IMG/VR virus record: IMGVR_UViG_3300027921_000016
Span: 33,849-97,848 of that record
Strand: one strand, 5' to 3'
Origin: a virus
DNA length: 64,000 nt
The position numbers and the translations under genes are program-made. Each line of letters starts with the position of its first letter. The stretch's first letter is position 1. This document shows, piece after piece, positions 55,618 to 63,878 of this stretch. The notes below the pieces were generated by a model. The model was not told the DNA's origin. It made no database searches and was given only the letters and a program-made list of their open reading frames with translations.

Positions 55618-56028
55618 TCAAATGCCTAGTAAAGCTGTTGCCGTGTCTGTAAGCCTCCAGGTGCTTCCACCCGCTACCCCTCTCCCGAGGTGTACAACCT
55701 CTACCAACCCCTTGGTTCGCAGAATAGTCAAGTAGCTGGCCACATCTGAAACCGTAAACTCCTCACCCAGCTCCTTTAGCCTAGTGGTTATCTCAGCACT
55801 TGATGGCTCCTCCAACACCGAGACAACCATCAAGGTCTTACGAAGAAACGTCCCCTCCTTGGGAAGGTGGATATTCTTTTCCGTGTCCGCGTGCAGTATT
55901 TCCATAGTACCGATGGTGGAAAACACCACTTTCAAGTACCCGCACAAGCACTTGACGGCCAGATCGTGCTTACTTACCTTCGTGTACCTCGCACTGGGAC
56001 TCCCACACTTGGGACAAACTGTATTCAT
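55618..56028 (-). CDS. Zn-ribbon plus winged-HTH DNA-binding protein
   Basis: CPKCG...CLCG; SSAEITTRL...VASYLTILRTKGLV...WRLT. Confidence 0.7.
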   Translation of the reverse strand: MNTVCPKCGSPSARYTKVSKHDLAVKCLCGYLKVVFSTIGTMEILHADTEKNIHLPKEGTFLRKTLMVVSVLEEPSSAEITTRLKELGEEFTVSDVASYLTILRTKGLVEVVHLGRGVAGGSTWRLTDTATALLGI

Positions 56029-56060
56029 CGGACCCCCTTACTCGTAAGGGGATTATACGC

Positions 56061-57992
56061 TCATTTGTGGCCGCCCTTCAACTGCACTGCGTACTCAGGG
56101 GAGATAAAAGACAAGGCCCCATCCACCTTGGAGCCCAAGGCCATACCCTGTACCCCCTCCTGCGCTTTCCATGCGAACACTTTCTTCTGCGCAGCCGAGA
56201 GCGTACCTTCCACCCCCACCACCAACCCCCCCTCAGCAAGGATCATGCTCTCCAGGTCCGTGGAGGTGCCTACAGTACCCACTCCAACCACTGAGACGCC
56301 TATCAACGTCAACTTTTTACGATCCGCTACCGAAAGCTCGTTGATCAGCCCAAGCAACTCCAGGGGCTCCCCAAATATCAGGCTCATAGGGTCACCTTTA
56401 CCCGAGACATCCACATACAACCGGGACACCAGTGGCAGAGCCTCAGTAATCAAGTCGAATGCTTCCTTGGCGTTGAAAGCCTTACTACGCAGATCGAGCA
56501 ACTGGACCTCTACGCCAGGAAGTACCCGCGTAACCGCAGGAGCCACCCCCTCACCAGAAACGGCCAGTATCCGATACTCCTGGGCGTACTTACCCCCGCC
56601 ACCCGCGATAACCGGGACTGCCTGGGTCCACACCCCACCGGTACCACCGTCAATACTGACAGTCTGGCACTTCTTGAGCAAGTCCAAAGTATTCTCACCT
56701 CCGAGACCCACCACACACGGCTTGTTCATACCCCTGGCAACAACAGCCGCATGGGAAGTAGCTCCACCAGTAATGGTCAATACCCCCACTGCTGCGTCCA
56801 TGCCCTGGATGTCTTCAGGAGTGGTTTCATACGTGACCAGGATGCAGGACTCCTTGCAATTGATTGCATCTGCGCTGGAGAACACAGGCTTACCCGACAC
56901 CACGCCTGAACACGCCGGGATTCCCTGCATCTCCGGCTTTACCGTGAACTTCGGGTCGATCACCGCGACCTGCGCAAGGTCGTAATCCCGCAGAGACACC
57001 CGCTGGAAGACCTCCTGTGGCGCAAGCATGCCTTCCTCGTACATGTCGAGCGCGATCTTGAGTGCAGCCTTGGCGCTACGCTTGGCATTTCTGGTCTGGA
57101 GGATGAACAGTTCACCGTCTTGGATGGTGAACTCCACGTCCTGCACGTCGCGCTTGAGGTCTTCCAGGGTCACTACGGTATCCGCCAACTGAGTGGCCAC
57201 CGGGGCATTCCAGGAGTTCATGGCGGCCAATGGGATGGGGGTGCGAATACCGGCAACCACATCCTCACCCTGGGCGTTTACCAGGAACTCGCCAGTGATC
57301 TTCTTCTCTCCCGTGTCAGGGTTGCGGGTAAACAGCACCCCGGTGCCCGACTGCTCATTCAGGTTGCCGAAGACCATCGCCTGGATGACAACCGCCGTGC
57401 CCCAGTCGTCAGGAATCTTGTGCATCTTCCGGTAGAACTGGGCGCGGTCATTGTTCCAGCTCTCGAACACCGCGATGATCGAGTTGAACAACTGGGCGTC
57501 AGCGGCAGGGAAGCCCTCGCCGGTTTTCCGTATGTAGTACTCGACTCCACCGGCTTCCAGCTCCTGGCGATTCAGACCCTTCACCACCGACCCGTACATG
57601 GTGACCAGACGATCACGACTGTCGTCATAGCATTTACCACCCAAGCGGTCATGCCAGTAGGCCATGGAATCGGTATCCAAGCCTACATTCAGTATTGTGT
57701 CCATCATGCCGGGCATGCTCACACGCGCCCCCGAGCGGACAGACATCAGAGGCATATAACCGAAGGCCTTGTACAGTTCGGCCTTGATTGCTGGGAGGGC
57801 GTTCTTGACTTCCAGCATAGCGGACACCGGGTCCTTCATGAAGTCCCGGCAAACATGAGTGGGGATAATCACGAACGGAGGAACATTCACCCCGTTGGAT
57901 GCCATCCAATGGAGACCCCATCCTTTTCCCCCGAGAAACTCGGAAGAATCTTCTGCTGCTGTTAGCGTGGACTGCTTGGTAACCAGTTTCAT
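56061..57992 (-). CDS. ppdK: PPDK-like kinase (ATP-grasp plus phospho-His domain, no pyruvate barrel)
   Basis: LGGKG, SVRSGARVSMPGMMDTILN, GEDVVAG, LQTR, GGATSHAAVVAR; 643 aa with unrelated C-terminal ~180 aa. Confidence 0.85.
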   Translation of the reverse strand: MKLVTKQSTLTAAEDSSEFLGGKGWGLHWMASNGVNVPPFVIIPTHVCRDFMKDPVSAMLEVKNALPAIKAELYKAFGYMPLMSVRSGARVSMPGMMDTILNVGLDTDSMAYWHDRLGGKCYDDSRDRLVTMYGSVVKGLNRQELEAGGVEYYIRKTGEGFPAADAQLFNSIIAVFESWNNDRAQFYRKMHKIPDDWGTAVVIQAMVFGNLNEQSGTGVLFTRNPDTGEKKITGEFLVNAQGEDVVAGIRTPIPLAAMNSWNAPVATQLADTVVTLEDLKRDVQDVEFTIQDGELFILQTRNAKRSAKAALKIALDMYEEGMLAPQEVFQRVSLRDYDLAQVAVIDPKFTVKPEMQGIPACSGVVSGKPVFSSADAINCKESCILVTYETTPEDIQGMDAAVGVLTITGGATSHAAVVARGMNKPCVVGLGGENTLDLLKKCQTVSIDGGTGGVWTQAVPVIAGGGGKYAQEYRILAVSGEGVAPAVTRVLPGVEVQLLDLRSKAFNAKEAFDLITEALPLVSRLYVDVSGKGDPMSLIFGEPLELLGLINELSVADRKKLTLIGVSVVGVGTVGTSTDLESMILAEGGLVVGVEGTLSAAQKKVFAWKAQEGVQGMALGSKVDGALSFISPEYAVQLKGGHK

Positions 57993-58029
57993 CTGTCACT
58001 CCATTGACTGAGTAGAGAAGTACCATCTA

Positions 58030-58057
58030 ACTATACCACGATTGCAGGAGTTGTCAA
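58030..58057 (-). promoter_or_regulatory. Sigma70-type early promoter
   Basis: TTGACA-16-TATAGT. Confidence 0.8.
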
Positions 58058-58341
58058 TAGGCCTCGTAAGTGGCTCCCTGGAATAAACCGTGCCAATTTC
58101 CATGCCAAATATCATGCCAGAAAAGATTTAAGATACCGAGGTCTTGAATGTACGTAAACTGTTGCTTTTATTATGATATTTGGCGAGGGGGGTTGATATA
58201 GAGGTATAGCTTAACTCTAAAATGCAGTAGCGCCCTTTATACACCTTTTGCGAGGGGGTTCAAAAAGACTCAAAAAACGTCTTAAAAACATCTTAAACCC
58301 AGGTATTTTCTGCCCTCAAAAACCGTGCCAATGCACCTAGT

Positions 58342-58611
58342 TTATTTTACTTCTGCGTCCGGTAGGGTAGTCAAGTCCAGGAGCACTACCTTTCGCAATT
58401 CAACCACCACCTCCTTCCCGTCAACATCCTTGGCAAGGATTGCCTCGGTCCTCGGGGCGACGTGGATGTCCTGGTTTGGGAATGTCCACTGGCTATCCTC
58501 CCCACACCCCAGGCGATAAAGGTCTTCGTATACGAATTCGTCTATGCCACAGCCATCGACAATCACGAGGTCCGCAGCGTTCAGTGCGTCATACAGTTTT
58601 ACGGTTTTCAT
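58342..58611 (-). CDS. Hypothetical acidic protein
   Basis: GGAG RBS, after ligase. Confidence 0.65.
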   Translation of the reverse strand: MKTVKLYDALNAADLVIVDGCGIDEFVYEDLYRLGCGEDSQWTFPNQDIHVAPRTEAILAKDVDGKEVVVELRKVVLLDLTTLPDAEVK

Positions 58612-58620
58612 TTCTACTCC

Positions 58621-59517
58621 TTAGAAATCCAACGGGGAACGGAAGGCTTTGAAGCCTGGGTATCTGGGCTTGACCACACACCCTGACTTCTGAAACTTGT
58701 AGGTGATCACTCGGCCAGGCAACTTCTCACGAGCACCCCACATGATCTTCAGATCGGCCTCGGTTAGAGGCCCGGTTGCACAGTTGAACTCCACACCAGA
58801 ATACGCGTCCTTGCAGTGGAACGATCCAACGGTGTCCTTGAGCACCTTTCCTGCCTTATGAGTACTACGTTTGGCGTGTCCGAGTTCATCCTTGGTCAGG
58901 GGATTGGTATTCTCCGTCCCTTGGTTCACGTCCAAGATGATGGCCTCAGAGTCCGCCCACTCTTTCCACTTCAGCAGTGTCCCCTCAAGAACGCTACTCC
59001 TACCATTCTTGTACAGGTGACGAGGGTGCTTCAGGATAAGGCCTTCGTACCCTTGGGCAAGCGCCCGATTGTACATGGCCCGAAGGTCCTCAAGGGTATT
59101 GACTACTCTCTGCTCCAACAGATGGACCCGTGGGATGGGTTGAAACGCAAACTGAGCGGCCAACTCCGCATACCTGTCCATAGCGTGGCCGGGGTGATCC
59201 CACTTCTCAAACACGTAGAACCTGAAGTCCGGTTCACCTGTTTCGGACATCAATCCGCTGGTACTACGCTGGAACACCCCTTCTCCTCCAGGTAGCCCAA
59301 CTATTCCTTCGCCATCCAGTCCGTGCAATTGATTGCAGTACTCCTTCGCCCACTCCTGGTAAAACCGGTTAGGGATCGGCAACATCTTCCGGCTCATGGC
59401 CGTCCCATTCACCATCGGACTACGAATACCATCCAACTTGATGGACGCCATACACGGAAGTTGTATCTGCGAGTCCTCGGGTATCGTCGAGGCTGCAAGC
59501 ATTACTTTCAATGCCAT
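58621..59517 (-). CDS. lig: ATP-dependent DNA ligase
   Basis: KLDGIR, LDGE, YEGLILK, LLKWK, PRYP motifs. Confidence 0.92.
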   Translation of the reverse strand: MALKVMLAASTIPEDSQIQLPCMASIKLDGIRSPMVNGTAMSRKMLPIPNRFYQEWAKEYCNQLHGLDGEGIVGLPGGEGVFQRSTSGLMSETGEPDFRFYVFEKWDHPGHAMDRYAELAAQFAFQPIPRVHLLEQRVVNTLEDLRAMYNRALAQGYEGLILKHPRHLYKNGRSSVLEGTLLKWKEWADSEAIILDVNQGTENTNPLTKDELGHAKRSTHKAGKVLKDTVGSFHCKDAYSGVEFNCATGPLTEADLKIMWGAREKLPGRVITYKFQKSGCVVKPRYPGFKAFRSPLDF

Positions 59518-59549
59518 TCTGTCACTCCATTGACCTGTTGATATACCGC

Positions 59550-59577
59550 ACTATACCACAAGCATCGTATTTGTCAA
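59550..59577 (-). promoter_or_regulatory. Sigma70-type early promoter
   Basis: TTGACA-16-TATAGT. Confidence 0.8.
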
Positions 59578-59593
59578 TCTTTTATGGCAACCA

Positions 59594-59812
59594 TCAAACC
59601 CCAGGGGGACTGGCTGGTACCCCGGCTACCAAGCCGATGCTCTCGTTGTACAGTTCGAGCTGCGTCTTCTTGCGCTTGGGCTTGAGAATGGACTGGTACT
59701 CGACCTTGGCCGTGGAGTTGATGGCCTTGATGTCCGCCAGTATCTCTTGCTCGGAGAACGGGCCATCCCCGATGGATTCGTACAAGACTTGCAGTTCTTG
59801 GTTGTACATCAT
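59594..59812 (-). CDS. Hypothetical protein
   Basis: GGAG RBS, TAATG overlap. Confidence 0.6.
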   Translation of the reverse strand: MMYNQELQVLYESIGDGPFSEQEILADIKAINSTAKVEYQSILKPKRKKTQLELYNESIGLVAGVPASPPGV

Positions 59813-60240
59813 TACACTCCCAGTTTGGCCCGGCCTGCTTGGAACACCTTGTAGGTGACGGACTCCAAGGCGATTACACGATCTTTGGTAAGGCCCCAGG
59901 GCTTACTCGCGCCTTTTGGACGTGGCTCACCCTTGATCATCTGCCGAATACGAGACTGCACGTACTCGCGTTCTCCCTGGTTACGGAGGTTCGCAGAGTA
60001 CCCCGTCATGTACTTCATCATCTCCACCTGCTTCTCCTTCGGGGTGTCCCTCGGAAGTTGCCCTCTCGGAGAGGGTGGCGTCAGGTGTCTGGTGGCCACG
60101 GACGTGGCCTGTACTGCGGGCAACCCGATGGCGGTCAGGAGCTTGGCATGGGCCGAGGTCGGTCCACCAGGACCCGAAGAGAACCGCCCCTTCGTATCGT
60201 GGTATGGGTTTGCCTTGAGCGTCAGTCCATAATCCATCAT
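59812..60240 (-). CDS. Basic protein with N-terminal LKANPYHDTKGRF tag (putative internal head cargo)
   Basis: Same motif occurs twice in the MuF polyprotein. Confidence 0.7.
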   Translation of the reverse strand: MMDYGLTLKANPYHDTKGRFSSGPGGPTSAHAKLLTAIGLPAVQATSVATRHLTPPSPRGQLPRDTPKEKQVEMMKYMTGYSANLRNQGEREYVQSRIRQMIKGEPRPKGASKPWGLTKDRVIALESVTYKVFQAGRAKLGV

Positions 60241-60407
60241 GTGCACCTCTCTGCAATTGATTGCAGGTCCTCGACCTCAGAATAAAGTACCCGTTGACCG
60301 GACTCGTACAGGTATTCGCCGTCCTCTACCGCCCGGCGTTCACTGAAGTTGAGGTACGCCCACTGCTCTCTCAAGAGCGTGAGCACCATAAGAAGTTCGG
60401 ATCGCAT
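60237..60407 (-). CDS. 56-aa hypothetical protein not in ORF track
   Basis: MRSELLMVL...LQSIAERCT*, ATGA overlap with next gene. Confidence 0.45.
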   Translation of the reverse strand: MRSELLMVLTLLREQWAYLNFSERRAVEDGEYLYESGQRVLYSEVEDLQSIAERCT

Positions 60408-60504
60408 CCTCGTAGTATACCCGATGGCCGCCTCAGAGCAACAAAAAGTGCCGGCACCATGCCCACAGGCCGAAGTACTACAGCAAAGCCCGCTCTGCGC
60501 TTAA

Positions 60505-61014
60505 TTACAAGGGCCGGTACACTACTTCCTTGACACGGGCCAACAGCGTGGGATCGCCAGTTGACAGTACCGGGTGCAGTAGGTCCATCTCCTGTATATA
60601 GGTCTTGGCAAACCCTTGGTCGTGCTGCAAGATCGAGGTGCTGTTGTCCAGCAGGTCGGCCAGCTTGATGGTCTTGGCCTCGGGCGGTGCATGGCGTAGG
60701 TGCTCTCGATCAATGGCCTTCCGTGCAGCCCGGTTCCCATCTGAGGGCTTACTCACGTCCGTCAACCAGTACACCAGGTGGGTTACCTCCAAGCCAAACA
60801 AATTGCACAGGGTCTCTCCAGACACCGGGGGGTCTTCCAGGACATCATGCAGGTATGCAGCACACACCATGGCTTTGGTATGGGGTACAGACCTCACCAT
60901 AGTGGCCACCGCCACAGGGTGCACGATGTACGGGCCTCCTGTGTACTTGCGGAATTGCCCTTCATGGGCAAACCGTGCAAACTGGTACGCTCGCAGTTCA
61001 AGATCGTTTTCCAT
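60505..61014 (-). CDS. HD-domain small alarmone hydrolase-like protein (SpoT/Mesh1 family)
   Basis: AHEGQFRK...PYIVHP...AAYLHDVLED...IKLADLLDN. Confidence 0.85.
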   Translation of the reverse strand: MENDLELRAYQFARFAHEGQFRKYTGGPYIVHPVAVATMVRSVPHTKAMVCAAYLHDVLEDPPVSGETLCNLFGLEVTHLVYWLTDVSKPSDGNRAARKAIDREHLRHAPPEAKTIKLADLLDNSTSILQHDQGFAKTYIQEMDLLHPVLSTGDPTLLARVKEVVYRPL

Positions 61015-61028
61015 TTTCTACCCCTTAT

Positions 61029-61298
61029 TTAGACAACCACAGAGGAAAACCACAACGAAAAGCCCGAGCCGTACCCAAATGCAATCTTGCAAGCCCCAAC
61101 CCCCCTTTTTTGACGAGCCCTTGCAGCCGCATTCAACCTGTCCACCGCATAGATATGGTACTTGATAGAAGCTGCTCTGGCTGCAAGCCTGGCAGGCCAC
61201 CTAACGGCAGCCCATCCGAGGTCTTTACGGGTTATCCGCCCACGACGTAGTGCACGTTGAATAGCTGAGTTCACCATCCAAGTAAGAGAACGGGTCAT
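61029..61298 (-). CDS. Hypothetical protein
   Basis: ATGA overlap with upstream gene. Confidence 0.4.
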   Translation of the reverse strand: MTRSLTWMVNSAIQRALRRGRITRKDLGWAAVRWPARLAARAASIKYHIYAVDRLNAAARARQKRGVGACKIAFGYGSGFSLWFSSVVV

Positions 61299-61957
61299 GA
61301 TCCCACCTTATCAAATACTGACACAGCAGCCTTCCAAGAGGAGTGCAAACCGTAGTGCTTACTACAGGTTTCACCATACCCAACGGCAGTACTGCGAGGG
61401 TCGGTCAATGGCAGGTTGCAAAAGCAACACCTACCCGTCAACAGACTGTACTTCTTGGCAACCCCTGCGGGATCAACCGCAAACGTCTGCAATAGCCTAC
61501 GCACGGGCTTGAGTTCTGCCTCGGAGAACTTCTGGTTCTGCGTCCAGGTGCCAGCGGCATCCACCCGGCCAAACCACTTGTTGTACCCATAAGGCTGGGC
61601 ATCGGTTACATTCACAGTGTTCGGACACTTACTAGCGGCCCCCGCCATAGAAAGTTCAATCTCCTGGGTATCCACCTGCAACTTGATCTTCGGGTACTTC
61701 AGATGCTTCTTGGCCTCCGTAAACATCGCGTACACCCCTGAGAAAACCCCCACGTTCTCAACCTTGGGAGCCGCAGGCTTGTCAAAACCCATAGCCCTCT
61801 CCGAGAGCTTGTTCACCCACCACAACTGCTTTTCCGAAAGCCGGTGGTACGTACCCCAGGAGGCAATCAAGGACATTGCGAAGCCTTGATCCTGCGGGAG
61901 CAGGTTAGGCACTTGCGCCTTGAGGGTCTCGACTGCTAACGTGAGAGTGTCGTTCAT
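61295..61957 (-). CDS. DUF6011-like Zn-finger protein
   Basis: GRCCFCNLPLTDPRSTAVGYGETC. Confidence 0.75.
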   Translation of the reverse strand: MNDTLTLAVETLKAQVPNLLPQDQGFAMSLIASWGTYHRLSEKQLWWVNKLSERAMGFDKPAAPKVENVGVFSGVYAMFTEAKKHLKYPKIKLQVDTQEIELSMAGAASKCPNTVNVTDAQPYGYNKWFGRVDAAGTWTQNQKFSEAELKPVRRLLQTFAVDPAGVAKKYSLLTGRCCFCNLPLTDPRSTAVGYGETCSKHYGLHSSWKAAVSVFDKVGS

Positions 61958-62126
61958 TTCTGACCCCCAACTGGGCGGCTCTTCGCAACGTAAGCGAAGT
62001 GCTTGTGGTGGTGGGAGTGCTTGGCGGCTCGTACTACGTGGGCAACTTCTGCCCAGTAAAGGACTGCTACACTGACGGTTTTCATTTGCCCACTCCATTG
62101 GTCCGTTGAAATCTTTTCCTACAATC

Positions 62127-62156
62127 GTATTATCGCACAATCAGAAAGTTTGTCAA
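62127..62156 (-). promoter_or_regulatory. Sigma70-type early promoter
   Basis: TTGACAAA...ATTGTGCGATAAT. Confidence 0.65.
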
Positions 62157-62178
62157 ATATAGTTGCAATCAATTGCAG

Positions 62179-62388
62179 CTAGAGCTGCATCCTAGTGACT
62201 ACCCTGCTGCCTTTCATGATAGAGCAGAGGCCTCGTTCATCCATGACTGCGAATTCTGAGGGGCCAGGAACGCAGATAGTATGGTGCTCCACCTGCTTCT
62301 GGTGGGCACGTTCCTGAAACTGCATCCCCAGGTAGAATACCCCCAGGCCGTACACAAACAACCCTACGCCTTTCAGTATCAGATTCAT
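62179..62388 (-). CDS. Small membrane protein
   Basis: N-terminal TM helix; ATGA overlap. Confidence 0.55.
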   Translation of the reverse strand: MNLILKGVGLFVYGLGVFYLGMQFQERAHQKQVEHHTICVPGPSEFAVMDERGLCSIMKGSRVVTRMQL

Positions 62389-62984
62389 GCGGTGGTACTC
62401 CTCACGTAGCTGGAGTGTCTCCATTGGCGGGGTGGGGGAGCAGGGTCAGCCCGGTAATGGTAGTCTCCCACCACTCCCGCCATGACATTGAACATCAGAA
62501 TACGTGACCGTGCTATTTTGTAGCCTGCCCACAGTTCTTTCCGTTTGGAAGCCAGGACCTCCAACAGTACCCGATCCCCATCCGTGTCCAGGCGCTTACG
62601 AACTTGCGTCAATTTCCTCCGTTTAACCTGCATGAAGGTCCGATCCCGTTTCATCTGCATGAGATTACCCTGGATGGCGTCCGACACCACTTTGATCAAG
62701 TCCTGGGTCTCAGGTACTTGGTCGAGGACCTGGATGAACAACTGAGCAAGACCTTGCAGAGCCTGCGCTCTGATGTCCTCGGTCTGTCTGTCCGCCCCAA
62801 ACTGGTCGTAGTGTTTTCTCCTGAAGGGGTCGCTCAGCACCTCATACGCCTTTTGAACCCGGACGAAGTTGTTATGCTCGCCCCCCTTGTCCGGATGATG
62901 TTCTTTTGCCAATCTGCGGTGCGCCGCCTTTATCTCCTTAGCTGTAGCTGTTGGAGCTACCTGTAGATCGTCGTAGAGACTCAT
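62385..62984 (-). CDS. DnaJ J-domain protein
   Basis: LYDDL...EIKAAHRRLAKEHHPDK...AYEVLSDP..R..YDQFG. Confidence 0.9.
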   Translation of the reverse strand: MSLYDDLQVAPTATAKEIKAAHRRLAKEHHPDKGGEHNNFVRVQKAYEVLSDPFRRKHYDQFGADRQTEDIRAQALQGLAQLFIQVLDQVPETQDLIKVVSDAIQGNLMQMKRDRTFMQVKRRKLTQVRKRLDTDGDRVLLEVLASKRKELWAGYKIARSRILMFNVMAGVVGDYHYRADPAPPPRQWRHSSYVRSTTA

Positions 62985-63208
62985 ACTGCTCTCCCGGTGA
63001 ACCAGCCAGCATCCAGCCAGAAGAACAAGCCACTCTGGACTCTGACCCTCAGCAGCACGCCAGTCTGACTGGTAACGTACTTGACCTCCAGGACCTTGAC
63101 CCGATCTGGAAGGTACTTGAACGGTCTCTCAGAGGCGTTCCATGCTGGATCAGGGGTGAGTTCTTCCCCTACTTTGAGTGTTTCTGCCCAGGCTTTCATC
63201 ACGTTCAT
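62981..63208 (-). CDS. Hypothetical protein
   Basis: GAGGAG RBS, coupled. Confidence 0.65.
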   Translation of the reverse strand: MNVMKAWAETLKVGEELTPDPAWNASERPFKYLPDRVKVLEVKYVTSQTGVLLRVRVQSGLFFWLDAGWFTGRAV

Positions 63209-63498
63209 TTACTCCTCACAATCGTTGCTCCGGTTATGGCCGCGATTTCCTCTGCCACGGCACCACTACGATGCACACCATACAGACAGCCCACCCATAG
63301 GGTGTCGTGGTCCTCCAGCATCTGGACCCCGTGATTCACCAAGGTCAGAAACAGCGGGTGCGTCCTGACCCTGGCCCGGTAAGTGGCTTCCGGCAAAGTA
63401 GCACCCTTCTTGTACGGGTTGGGGATAACTCTGCAATCAATTGCAGGCCCCTCCGGATGCTTGTTAATGTACCCGAACTGAATTATGGTCTTACTCAT
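63205..63498 (-). CDS. RapZ C-terminal-like protein
   Basis: IDCRVIPNPY...VGCLYGVHRSGAVAEEIA. Confidence 0.7.
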   Translation of the reverse strand: MSKTIIQFGYINKHPEGPAIDCRVIPNPYKKGATLPEATYRARVRTHPLFLTLVNHGVQMLEDHDTLWVGCLYGVHRSGAVAEEIAAITGATIVRSK

Positions 63499-63506
63499 GT
63501 CAACTC

Positions 63507-63719
63507 CTACCCAGTAATAGCCTTGCTCTGATGCAACAGCGCATCGTGCAGCGTGGTCAAAATGAAAAAATCATCATCGTCATACTGCACTGGGATGGAC
63601 ATTCGCATACCGCGTCCTTCGCTACACATCGAACCAATCCGGCACGCGCATTCCTTTATTCGGTCGGCCAGGGTGCCGGATGCCCGCACTTTGTTTTCCA
63701 GTTCTTCCAGCGTTGTCAT
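63507..63719 (-). CDS. Hypothetical protein
   Basis: AAGGA RBS directly after tRNA CCA. Confidence 0.6.
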   Translation of the reverse strand: MTTLEELENKVRASGTLADRIKECACRIGSMCSEGRGMRMSIPVQYDDDDFFILTTLHDALLHQSKAITG

Positions 63720-63729
63720 TTCAATCCTT

Positions 63730-63806
63730 TGGCCCACTTGGAGGGAATCGAACCCCCGACCGTCGAGGTAGAATCTCGTTGCTCTAATCCACTGAGCTAC
63801 AAGCGG
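63730..63806 (-). tRNA. trnR: tRNA-Arg(TCT)
   Basis: Cloverleaf: CCGCTTG/CAAGTGG acceptor, GCTC/GAGC D-stem, loop ATTCTAC, TTCGA T-loop, encoded CCA. Confidence 0.9.
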
Positions 63807-63878
63807 CAAAAACATTTACGTCAACACGGACGCTACGCCGATGAGGACGGATTCGCGCCGGTTACGCCAGCGTTAGGC
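63807..63878 (+). mobile_element. Integron attC site abutting tRNA
   Basis: AAC-atttac-GTCAACACGGACGC...GCGCCGGTTAC-gccagc-GTTAGGC. Confidence 0.75.

Larger units (their letters stand above)
254..63445. repeat. Dispersed 14-bp near-palindrome TGCAAT(CA/TG)ATTGCA
   Basis: Exact copies at 254, 3056, 5446, 6636, 7724, 13093, 16613, 23667, 25387, 28513, 31365, 32935, 35231, 36248, 38796, 40499, 43696, 48684, 53069, 55028, 56855, 59324, 60252, 62164, 63432; 1-mismatch copies at 1100, 13828, 42082. Confidence 0.95.

Noticed and set aside
254-63445. 14-bp repeat as a CRISPR array or IS ends
   Set aside because: Copies are kb apart, inside genes, with no spacers, cas genes, transposase or target duplications
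63730-63806. Amber suppressor reading (CTA) of the tRNA
   Set aside because: Stem CGAG/CTCG centres TCT in the 7-nt loop; the CTA register does not pair
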